Positions 1 to 7,424 of a stretch of DNA of 12,273 bases are shown here, in pieces. Within the stretch, counting starts at the first letter, position 1; each line of letters begins with the position of its first letter. Location of the stretch: assembly GCA_013166775.1 (NCBI GenBank), contig JABLTJ010000050.1, positions 1 to 12,273 of the forward strand. Direction: 5' to 3'. This stretch comes from Promethearchaeati archaeon. Its GTDB lineage: Archaea; Asgardarchaeota; Heimdallarchaeia; Heimdallarchaeales; Heimdallarchaeaceae. The notes under the pieces are model-generated. The model made no database searches. It worked only from the letters and a program-made list of their open reading frames with translations, and was not told the origin of the DNA. Made by a program: the position numbers and the translations under genes.

Positions 1-1
1 G

Positions 2-433
2 GACGATTCTAGAAGTGAGTTGATTATGATCTTTCACGATTCAGCAGTGTACTGTTACTTCAACATTTTCGGAATACCGCGCGAGCTTAAATTCGAATTT
101 TACAAGGCAGTAACAGGCTTAGAATTGACACAAGAGGAATGGGTTAACACAAAAGCATTAAGAATATTGCAACTGCAAAGAGCCATGCTTCTGTTAGGCG
201 GGCCAGATCTTAAATGGAAACCAAAAATCCACGATGAAAACCCACCCAGATTCTACGAACCATTACCTTCTGGACCTTACAAGGGAAAAACCGTTGATAA
301 AACCAAGTTTGAACAAGATAAGAAAGAGTATTATGAGGCGGTTGGCTGGGACGAGAACGGTATACCAAAATCCGAGGTTCTTAAAAGACTTGGATTGGAA
401 GACGTGGACAAGGCTTTAGATAAACTACGTTGA
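2..433 (+). CDS. Aldehyde:ferredoxin oxidoreductase family (tungsten/molybdopterin) protein, C-terminal part; 5'-truncated by the window edge
   Basis: The frame is open from position 2 (DDSRSELIMIFHDSAVYCYF...). It contains a DSxxxCxF-like motif, 'P-RFYEPLPSGPYKG' and the typical AOR tail 'YYEAVGWDENGIPKSEVLKRLGL'. Confidence 0.9.
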   Translation, partial: DDSRSELIMIFHDSAVYCYFNIFGIPRELKFEFYKAVTGLELTQEEWVNTKALRILQLQRAMLLLGGPDLKWKPKIHDENPPRFYEPLPSGPYKGKTVDKTKFEQDKKEYYEAVGWDENGIPKSEVLKRLGLEDVDKALDKLR

Positions 434-482
434 GCTTCAACTTCTTACATCACTAACTAAACCAACGGCAGCTTGAAATGTA

Positions 483-511
483 TGGTGCTCCGGCCTAGAT
501 CCAAACCTTGG
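483..511 (-). repeat. Degenerate copy of the tRNA-Glu 3' end (att-like relic, distal)
   Basis: TGGTGCTCCGGCCTAGATCCAAACCTTGG. Positions 486-511 match tRNA 2765-2790 at 19/26 with the first 10 nt exact. On the minus strand it ends ...GGAGCA-CCA. Confidence 0.7.
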
Positions 512-821
512 TTTAAATCTTTGTTTTTAGCTTCATCCAGAAATTCAAATGGAAAGCCATGAAAAGCGCGTAAAGGAGTTTACACATTCTTTCTGGATGA
601 TCTAACATTAATTACTTTTGTAATGAAACTGAGGTGGCTTGGATTTGTGGTGTTTTTTTCGTACGTTTGCGCACCACCACAACTGCGGTAGACAGTAAAG
701 GGTCTTCTGACGCGGGAAGAAAATTGTCGGGTCTACCCTTTTATTATGGGTCGGTGGAAGATTCAACAGCTCACAGTATGACGAGAGGGAAGTTTTGACA
801 CTTCATCGACACTGGATAATG

Positions 822-1040
822 TTAGATTGGCGAAAAATATTTTTGTAGCCGATTTGCGTGCGTGATTGGAATCCCAAGTTCTCCAAGAAAAGAAGTAGAT
901 GCCCACAGAATTTGCGCAGCGCGTCCCTTAGCGATTAGGCTTTTTACTTTCGCGAGAAGCTCTTTTCCATTGCAAATTGGATTCGATTCTGAGAAATTCC
1001 CTACTTGCATATCAATAATTAACAACGCGGTATCAGCCAT
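822..1040 (-). pseudogene. Truncated isochorismatase/cysteine-hydrolase family gene (N-terminal ~44 aa recognisable)
   Basis: MADTALLIIDMQVGNF...ELLAKVKSLIAKGRAAQI is the family N-terminus with the catalytic Asp in 'IIDMQ'. Similarity ends after RAAQI and I see no catalytic Lys/Cys region. A BRE/TATA-like GAAAGG-TTTATGTA lies on the minus strand at about 1078-1091. Confidence 0.8.
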
Positions 1041-1226
1041 GTTCTTTCACTTAGACTCAACTAGAGTCATTTTTGGCTACATAAACCTTTCAATCGGTAG
1101 GCTTGCTGGATACTGCATTGCATTCACGCTAAAGGCAAACTAAAACTATAGAACCTGCCTGGATGCTTCCTTATACGCCCTTCAAAATCCTAATTAGGGT
1201 TCAAACAGTGCCCTGACTAGGGTTAA

Positions 1227-1250
1227 TGGTGCTCCGACCGGGATCGGAAC
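1227..1250 (-). repeat. Degenerate copy of the tRNA-Glu 3' end (att-like relic, proximal)
   Basis: TGGTGCTCCGACCGGGATCGGAAC. Positions 1230-1250 match tRNA 2765-2785 at 18/21. It ends in CCA on the minus strand. Confidence 0.8.
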
Positions 1251-1325
1251 ACAATTTTGCCAGCAAAAACACGTTTGAAACGCTTAGCGGGATCAAATCA
1301 ACTTTAGCGTTCGCTATGCAGAAGA

Positions 1326-1341
1326 GAAAAGCTTTTAAAAA
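1326..1341 (+). promoter_or_regulatory. Putative archaeal BRE/TATA promoter of the CofE-like gene
   Basis: GAAAAG-CTTTTAAAA lies about 25-30 nt upstream of ATG 1366, which fits a leaderless or short-leader transcript. Confidence 0.5.
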
Positions 1342-1365
1342 ATCAGCACAGTCATACCCTAATTT

Positions 1366-2544
1366 ATGATAGGGATGCCTGATTATATTGGCACATTTGC
1401 TTTCGGAGTTAAGATAGGTGTTATTCTACCCGGAGATGATCTTGTAGAGGACGTTTACAAAGCTGTGAAAAAATGCGCTGAAGATGGTCTAATAGAAAAT
1501 GGGGATATTTTGTGCGTTACCGAGTCTATTGTTGCTCGAGCGCAAAATAATTATGTTACGAAGAAGGAAGTTGCCGAAGAAGTAAAGGAAAGATTAAACT
1601 TAACCGAAAAAGACAACCTAGGCATACTCTATCCTATAGCTAGCCGAAACAGATTCGCTCCAATTCTTGAGAGTTTAGCTAAAGCAGTTCATACTGGAAA
1701 CATTACTATTCAATTTTCTTTTCCAAGAGACTGTGTAGGTAATCAATTAGTGCCGGAAGGTCTTGATGTACAATTGAACAAAGATTTATATTCAGAGGAA
1801 ATAAGTTATGATGAATTAAGAAAAGTGAGATTCCATCACCCAGCCACCGGTATTGATTATGTCAAACTTTACAGTGAAATTGTAGCAAGAGAAGGCGCTA
1901 GACCTAATATTTTTGTGTCTAATAATCCAAAAAGGATAACTAAATATGAACCTGATGGCATAATCGTCTCATGCATTCATGAAAGGGAGAAGATACTCCG
2001 AGAAGTAAAAAAAGTGTTTGATAACGCAGTAACATTAAGAGATCTGTGTAATGACCCCAAGAAAACTGCTTGGTCTGAATGGGGATTATTGGGCTGTAAC
2101 CTGAATTCAGATGATCAAATAAAATTGGCTCCTAGAGAATCTTTCGAAGTTGCAAAAAACATTCAATCTAAAGTATGGAATGGAATAAGGAAAAGAGTAG
2201 AAGTAGTGATATATGGTGATGGAGCCTATAAAGATCCTAGTACAGGTATTTATGAATTAGCTGATCCTGTTTGTTCATTTGGTCACACTAAAGGTATTAA
2301 TACAAAGAGAGAAGGCATTAAATACAAATATTTTGTAGGTATGATGAGTTCGCAAGGTAAAAGCAGAGAAGAAATAGAAAAGCGTATTGAAATTGAAAAA
2401 AATAAGGCGTTCAATATAGATGACGATTCTATGGAAGGCACTACTCCAAGAAAGCTAGAGGATATAGCTACTAGTCTAGCAGATTTAGTTAGTGGCTCTG
2501 CAGATGCAGGAACCCCATTGGTTATCATAAAAAATTTGATGTAA
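1366..2544 (+). CDS. Coenzyme F420-0:L-glutamate ligase (CofE)-like protein, long ~390-aa type; substrate uncertain
   Basis: Motifs 'ILPGDDL', 'DILCVTESIVARAQNNY', 'SRNRF', 'HPATGIDY', 'YGDGAYKDP..IYELADP' and 'GTTPR...SLADLVSGSADAGTPLVII'. Alternative start at ATG 1375. Confidence 0.85.
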   Translation: MIGMPDYIGTFAFGVKIGVILPGDDLVEDVYKAVKKCAEDGLIENGDILCVTESIVARAQNNYVTKKEVAEEVKERLNLTEKDNLGILYPIASRNRFAPILESLAKAVHTGNITIQFSFPRDCVGNQLVPEGLDVQLNKDLYSEEISYDELRKVRFHHPATGIDYVKLYSEIVAREGARPNIFVSNNPKRITKYEPDGIIVSCIHEREKILREVKKVFDNAVTLRDLCNDPKKTAWSEWGLLGCNLNSDDQIKLAPRESFEVAKNIQSKVWNGIRKRVEVVIYGDGAYKDPSTGIYELADPVCSFGHTKGINTKREGIKYKYFVGMMSSQGKSREEIEKRIEIEKNKAFNIDDDSMEGTTPRKLEDIATSLADLVSGSADAGTPLVIIKNLM

Positions 2545-2764
2545 TATGCTTTTCTGATATTGTGCGTACTGCTTGACTATTATGTAAATAAATAGAAATT
2601 CACTGTTTTGTAGATTATATGCAGTGAAATTAGACAGAGCAATTGAAATTAGAGATAATGGATTCTTACTAGTAAATTTGTGCTCCAATTCCAGTCTTAT
2701 CTAGGAACTACTCAATTTTGGCCTTTTTAGTTAAAATAGACCCAAAATAATCCCGAAACTGGAA

Positions 2765-2858
2765 TGCTCCGGCCGGGATTTGAACCCGGGTCGGCGGCTT
2801 TCTTCCACTGTTTTGTGTCGAGAGGCCGCTATACTTGACCGGACTATACTACCGGAGC
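2765..2858 (-). tRNA. tRNA-Glu (anticodon CTC) with a 19-nt intron at the canonical 37/38 position (intron 2800-2818); CCA not encoded
   Basis: The reverse complement folds into acceptor stem GCTCCGG/CCGGAGC, anticodon stem GCGGC/GCCGC, loop CT-CTC-G^A and T arm CCGGG-TTCAAAT-CCCGG, with discriminator A. The intron ACACAAAACAGTGGAAGAA forms a BHB-like motif. Confidence 0.95.
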
Positions 2859-2904
2859 CACAGGGTAGAAATTGATGTTTTGTGGTCTTGTTTTCATTAA
2901 CTAG

Positions 2905-2922
2905 CCTTAAATTAAGGTTTTC
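2905..2922 (-). promoter_or_regulatory. Putative BRE/TATA promoter of the tRNA
   Basis: Minus-strand GAAAACC-TTAATTTAAGG lies about 50 nt upstream of the mature 5' end and includes the palindrome CCTTAA-A-TTAAGG (2905-2917). Confidence 0.45.
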
Positions 2923-3052
2923 TGTATTACTGTTGTTTTGTGTATATTGTTGTGTATAGCCTTATCTTTCTGTAGGGTTTCTTTATACTCTGTTGGTAAA
3001 GTTTTATATCTGCCTGAGTAAAACCATTCGGTTTCAAATTCTTGGAAGAAAA

Positions 3053-3142
3053 ATAGTGCCAGTGTTCATGACAGCAACACTACTAGCAGTCATAGTCTAT
3101 AAGAGGAAACATCAACCTCAGAATAAAAAGAGAGAAGTTTAG
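3053..3142 (+). pseudogene. Relic C-terminal membrane anchor (hydrophobic helix plus basic tail) of a lost surface-protein gene
   Basis: Translates as IVPVFMTATLLAVIVYKRKHQPQNKKREV*, resembling the transmembrane-plus-basic part of archaeal PEF-CTERM-type tails. There is no PEF motif or long ORF upstream (in-frame stop at 2957). Confidence 0.5.
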
Positions 3143-3195
3143 TTTTATTGTGTCTTTTTATGAACTCTCTAGAATGTTTGTGAATTCGGTAATAG

Positions 3196-3207
3196 AAAAA
3201 AAGAGGG
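3196..3207 (-). terminator. Oligo-T archaeal terminator after the integrase fragment
   Basis: Minus-strand CCCTCTTTTTTTC directly follows the TGA stop at 3209. Confidence 0.5.
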
Positions 3208-3208
3208 A

Positions 3209-3439
3209 TCAGGAGAGTGCTTTCAGGTTCGCTTTGTCGTATATCTCTTTCAGTTTCATTGGGTTGTAGTTTACATAGTGTCTCCGTAACACTGTTCTTG
3301 GGATACGACCACAGAAAGCGTTAATGTATGCTGCTGAGACTCCTAGCCTGATCATTTCGTTGTTAAACCAATCCCTAAGATCCTTAGGTGTTATTTTTAT
3401 TCCTGTTTTAGCCACAGCGTTTCTAATAGGTTGTAGAGT
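3209..3439 (-). pseudogene. C-terminal fragment of an archaeal tyrosine recombinase/integrase
   Basis: 'ITPKDLRDWF' (H/KxxR box), 'AFCGRIP' and 'VLRRHY' (catalytic Tyr). An in-frame TAA at 3440-3442 means the N-terminal domain and first catalytic Arg are absent. It lies 350 nt from the tRNA. Confidence 0.85.
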
Positions 3440-3577
3440 TTATAGTGCATGCAAATTCCTCAAGTAGACTTTTTGTTGAATTGTAACCAAAATAGATTTA
3501 TAGAATAATTTCAGTGGACTAAATGTTTATGTTTACAGAAAAGTGTTAAATTGAAATCAATTAAATATTAAATAAAG

Positions 3578-4861
3578 GTGATTAGCATCTCTTTAACGAC
3601 CCTTTTTGTGGCCTTAAAAAAGTCAGAAGATTGGTGGACAGTTTGGTTAGGATTGATCCTTTTCGGGGTTAGTCTATTAGGAATAATTACTACTGTGCCT
3701 AAGCCAAACCGCTGGGTTACAAATCCTTTTAACTCATTTTCTGCAGATGGGTTTATTTCTTATCTTTTGTTGACCATCATTCTACTTATTCTTCTTTCAA
3801 TATCTATCAAATCGATTCAAAATAGATTGTCAACTTTTATTCCGGCCTTTCTCCTATTTTCGATGTTAGGATTAGTTGCCCAAGTAATATCTAAACAATC
3901 TTTTGTGGGAACTTATGGTTTGGAATATGTTCTTTGGGCATTAATTATTGGATTAATAATTAGCAACACAATCGGTGTACCCGATTTTTTAATACCTGCA
4001 ATAAGAACAGAGTTATACATAAAAATAGGATTAGTGTTGTTAGGCGCTGAGATTTTATTTTCCAGAATATTAAATTTGGGAATACAAGGCCTGTTGCTTG
4101 CTTGGGGAGTAACACCTCTTGTCCTATTCCTTATGTACAAATATGGTACATCCGTCCTAAAATTGGATAAGACCCTAACAGTCCTAATGTCAGCTGCAAC
4201 CTCTGTTTGTGGAGTTTCCGCTGCTATAGCTATTGCAGCAGCAACCAAAGCTAAAAAGGAGTTTCTAACCTTAACAATTTCAATTTCTTTATTATCCACA
4301 GTAATATTACTGGTTTGTCTACCTGCTCTTGTTAGACTTGCGGGAATCGATTATATAATTGGTGGAGCTTGGATCGGGGGAACTGTTGATTCAACCGGTG
4401 CTGTTGTAGCTGCAGGAGAATTGCTGGGAGAAGAAGCAATGGAAGTAGCTACAGTAATTAAACTCATTCAAAATGTTATGATTGCTCTAATAGCATTTGT
4501 TATTGCATTTCTTTGGGTCACAAAGATTGATAGAACCTCAAATGACAAACCAGGTCTAATTCAGATCTGGTATAGATTTCCAAAATTTATAATAGGATTC
4601 GCCTTTCTTTCAATACTCTCTTCATTTGTAGTCCTACCCATAATGGGCGAAATGATGTTGACTGACATTCTTAAATTAACAGGAAGCATTCGAACTTTTC
4701 TTTTTGCAATCGCCTTTTTGAGCATAGGCCTAGAAACAGACTTCAAAACCCTTAAAACACAGATTTCCGGGGGGAAACCAGTCCAATTATATATTGTAGG
4801 TCAATCGCTAAATCTAATTCTCACATTAATCTTTGCATGGATGTTATTTGGTTCTTGGTAA
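3578..4861 (+). CDS. YeiH/UPF0324 family putative sulfate exporter, multi-pass membrane protein
   Basis: 'EDWWTVWLG', 'YIKIGLVLLGAEI', 'SVCGVSAAIA', 'GAWIGGTVDSTGAVVAAG', 'IWYRFPKFIIGF' and 'AFLSIGLET', with more than 10 hydrophobic segments. The GTG start is approximate. Confidence 0.9.
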   Translation: MISISLTTLFVALKKSEDWWTVWLGLILFGVSLLGIITTVPKPNRWVTNPFNSFSADGFISYLLLTIILLILLSISIKSIQNRLSTFIPAFLLFSMLGLVAQVISKQSFVGTYGLEYVLWALIIGLIISNTIGVPDFLIPAIRTELYIKIGLVLLGAEILFSRILNLGIQGLLLAWGVTPLVLFLMYKYGTSVLKLDKTLTVLMSAATSVCGVSAAIAIAAATKAKKEFLTLTISISLLSTVILLVCLPALVRLAGIDYIIGGAWIGGTVDSTGAVVAAGELLGEEAMEVATVIKLIQNVMIALIAFVIAFLWVTKIDRTSNDKPGLIQIWYRFPKFIIGFAFLSILSSFVVLPIMGEMMLTDILKLTGSIRTFLFAIAFLSIGLETDFKTLKTQISGGKPVQLYIVGQSLNLILTLIFAWMLFGSW

Positions 4862-4982
4862 CTCTAGTGATTGATATTGCAGTAATACCAAATTATCAGC
4901 AAAATTAAGTTCCCAAATGCAAACTTAACACTTTGGATATTCAATGTTGTCCCGTCAAAAACTTAGAAATTTGCCGCTCTCA

Positions 4983-5369
4983 TCATTCTTCTATACAATC
5001 ACATAGAAGATTATAGATTTCTTTGGAGGATTTACTGATTTCATTTGTTCTTTTTTTAATAGTTGCCTTTTTTTTCTTAATTATCCTTAATTTGGATTGT
5101 GAGCGAAAACTTATCCATATTCCAACAATTGTTAGTATACTGAAAAATGCAAAATTTAACAAATCCAAAAGAATTGATTTTTCAACAGTAAAAACTGACA
5201 ATATATATGCAATTATCGTACTCATTGTAGGACCAATAACTGTAAGTGCCAAACCGTTTCTAAATTCAGCCATTGTAGTCCTTTCTTCTGCAAGGTAATT
5301 TCTCTCCAAAGCTAATAAAGTACGGATTTTTGCTAGAACTTCTTGTTCATTAACTTCGTTCATTTTCAT
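4983..5369 (-). CDS. DUF202 (YidH-like) small membrane protein
   Basis: 'RNYLAEERTTMAEFRNGLAL' matches the DUF202 R..LA.ERT..A..R signature. Two TM helices and a basic tail follow. AAGGAG precedes the start (ATG 5369 or 5363). Confidence 0.8.
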   Translation of the reverse strand: MKMNEVNEQEVLAKIRTLLALERNYLAEERTTMAEFRNGLALTVIGPTMSTIIAYILSVFTVEKSILLDLLNFAFFSILTIVGIWISFRSQSKLRIIKKKKATIKKRTNEISKSSKEIYNLLCDCIEE

Positions 5370-5477
5370 CTCCTTCTGATTATTTGAGTTTTGGCTTCTA
5401 ATTCAAAGGGAATCTTAAGTCAAGTAGCAAACTAATAAGAGTGATATTCAGTCTGCTTTAACTTCAGTTTATTGCTT

Positions 5478-6926
5478 CTAAATTGGAACTATTATTCTTT
5501 TTAATTCTGCAGAAACTGACTTATTTTTTTCCAAATATTCCTCAAGAGCAGATATTGCATTTATTTCCAGACTTTCACGATCTTTACCATACTTTTCTGG
5601 AACACCTTGGGTTGTAACAAAACATACGCTATACGTTTTTGACCCATTCACTCTTTTTCCATTTACAAAAAACTCTTGAATCCTCTTTCCCTCAGGATTT
5701 TCCAATTTGAAATAAATGTTTAAACCTAAACATCTTTTCACATACCCCCCCATTTGTTTGTATGGGTCACAAGAAAATGTACGTTCCAGATTCTCTTCCA
5801 TCATATCCCAAAGATCTGCTCCAGTAATTTTACAAATTGAAACTTTAGGATTAGTAGGAATGATGTTCCAAAGATCATTCAACACTATTGGTCCAGCTAC
5901 AACAGGCGCTCCGTAACGCCATCCATTAGAAAACGCTATTGTTTCTCCACTAACTTCAATCAATCCTTGAAGCAAAAAGTTATCCATTGTAGATTCCATT
6001 ACTTGGTTACGATTGAGGGCAGTTTTGGTTTTTCCTATAATAACACTTAGCATATTTCGATGATTATCTAAAGCTTTGTTAACAATAGAATCAACCGTTG
6101 GATCTGGTTTTATTGATTCTTCAACCTTGATTAATTTATGTTGAAATTTATGAATCCGACCATTCTTGACTTCAAGATCTAATCTGCCGACAAAAGAACC
6201 GTGACAACCCGACTGCATCAATATGCTACCATTTACTACTACCGCCTCATAAAGACGGTTATGAGTATGGCCACTTAACAAAACATCTATTCCATCAACT
6301 TCTTTAGCTAACTTAAACTCTTGTGGATACCCCAAATGAGATAAAACAATAATCAGATCTACTTTCTCACTTTCGCGAAGTTGCCTTATATATTTGGGTA
6401 ATTCTTTGTTTCCTAAAGTAAAGTAGATGCCTTTACTGAAATTTTTAGGCATTGTTTTATCCACAATTGTAGCTGCAATCCCAATAATTCCCACTCGGAG
6501 ATCATCAATTTCAATTATATGAAAGGCAGGAAAGACAAGTTTGTTCGATTTTTTGTAATAACAATTAATTGCAAGCATTGGAAAATTGAGCTTATCAACT
6601 ATGCCTCTAAGTTTATCGGGACCATAAGCAAATTCCCAATGCGCGGTCATTGCATCTAAAGCTAGCTCATTCAATATAGGAACTAACGCTTCACCTTTAC
6701 TATTTACTGCAAGAAATGTACCATGAAGTGTATCTCCGTTGTCAAGCACAATCACTTTTCCATTTTTTTCATTTTTTACTTCTCTGAAAATAGTTGCAAT
6801 TCTTGCGTAGCCTCCGGATTTTTTATAGACTGCCCTATCTCCAACCCAGAATAGTTCATTATGCAATTTAAAGTAGCTATGGGTGTCATTGATTTGTAAA
6901 ATTGTTAAATTCATACTCTTGGACAT
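5478..6926 (-). CDS. SoxB-like dimetal hydrolase (5'-nucleotidase/metallophosphoesterase superfamily), no signal peptide
   Basis: Metal motifs NDTH, GDTLHG, LSHLG and GHTHN. It has 'MTAHWEFAYG' (SoxB-type HWE, not nucleotidase GNHE), 'FSNGWRYG' (cf. SoxB SPGFRWG) and 'FSCDPYKQMGG' (cf. SoxB FNPDPYxQQGG). The protein starts directly at the first beta-strand. Confidence 0.85.
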   Translation of the reverse strand: MSKSMNLTILQINDTHSYFKLHNELFWVGDRAVYKKSGGYARIATIFREVKNEKNGKVIVLDNGDTLHGTFLAVNSKGEALVPILNELALDAMTAHWEFAYGPDKLRGIVDKLNFPMLAINCYYKKSNKLVFPAFHIIEIDDLRVGIIGIAATIVDKTMPKNFSKGIYFTLGNKELPKYIRQLRESEKVDLIIVLSHLGYPQEFKLAKEVDGIDVLLSGHTHNRLYEAVVVNGSILMQSGCHGSFVGRLDLEVKNGRIHKFQHKLIKVEESIKPDPTVDSIVNKALDNHRNMLSVIIGKTKTALNRNQVMESTMDNFLLQGLIEVSGETIAFSNGWRYGAPVVAGPIVLNDLWNIIPTNPKVSICKITGADLWDMMEENLERTFSCDPYKQMGGYVKRCLGLNIYFKLENPEGKRIQEFFVNGKRVNGSKTYSVCFVTTQGVPEKYGKDRESLEINAISALEEYLEKNKSVSAELKRIIVPI

Positions 6927-7029
6927 ATAATTATCCCAAATAACCTAAGGAACATAAATAGGTAAAAAGCTAATTGTGTTGTAAATCATTTTTCCTTTTT
7001 ATCGCTAAGGGAATTTAATATTTAATTCA

Positions 7030-7371
7030 TCAATTTGATTTTTTAACAATCTTTTTGATCTCTTCAGTTGCAGCTTCCAGTCTTTTAAATCCAACAATTT
7101 CTCCAATTTCTTTACTTTTCTGGAATAATTTAACAGTAGGGGTTTCTTCTACTCCAAGTCCCTCGGCAAGTCTAAGATTTTTAACACTTTCAAACATGTT
7201 AATTCTAGTAAATTTTAATCTACCACCAAAAATCTCAGAAAGCGTTTCATAAATAGGTTTGAATTTTTTACAGTTACCACAAGATTTTATCCAGAATTCG
7301 ACTACTACTGGGTTATTGGATTTAATTTCATCATCAAAATCTTCAGCCTGAATATCTACAATATTCTTCAT
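7030..7371 (-). CDS. Thioredoxin family protein (113 aa, CGNC)
   Basis: The true start is ATG 7371 (MKNIVDI...). It has 'PVVVEFWIKSCGNCKKFKP' and the cis-Pro motif 'ETPTV'. The longer ORF-track N-terminus overlaps the upstream gene in another frame. Confidence 0.9.
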   Translation of the reverse strand: MKNIVDIQAEDFDDEIKSNNPVVVEFWIKSCGNCKKFKPIYETLSEIFGGRLKFTRINMFESVKNLRLAEGLGVEETPTVKLFQKSKEIGEIVGFKRLEAATEEIKKIVKKSN

Positions 7372-7424
7372 TTCAATGAACCCAAAAGACACAGATACTG
7401 ACTTTTCCCTTCTGGTTTTTAATT

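Noticed and set aside
512-821. Possible ncRNA or continuation of the isochorismatase gene
   Set aside because: I found no convincing fold or family motifs in the frames I read. It is probably decayed cargo.
1054-1068. GACTC-N5-GAGTC dyad upstream of the isochorismatase fragment
   Set aside because: The arms are only 5 bp, which is expected by chance.
483-1250. tRNA-like fragments as split-tRNA halves or CRISPR repeats
   Set aside because: The T-arms are disrupted, there are no complementary leader or BHB sequences, and the spacing is 0.7-1.5 kb. Decayed att sites fit better, and no CRISPR array is visible in the window.
2764-2838. Plus-strand mini-ORF MLRPGFEPGS... as a piece of an SSV-type split integrase
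   Set aside because: It is the antisense reading of the tRNA, stops after 24 codons, and lies on the opposite strand from the integrase fragment.
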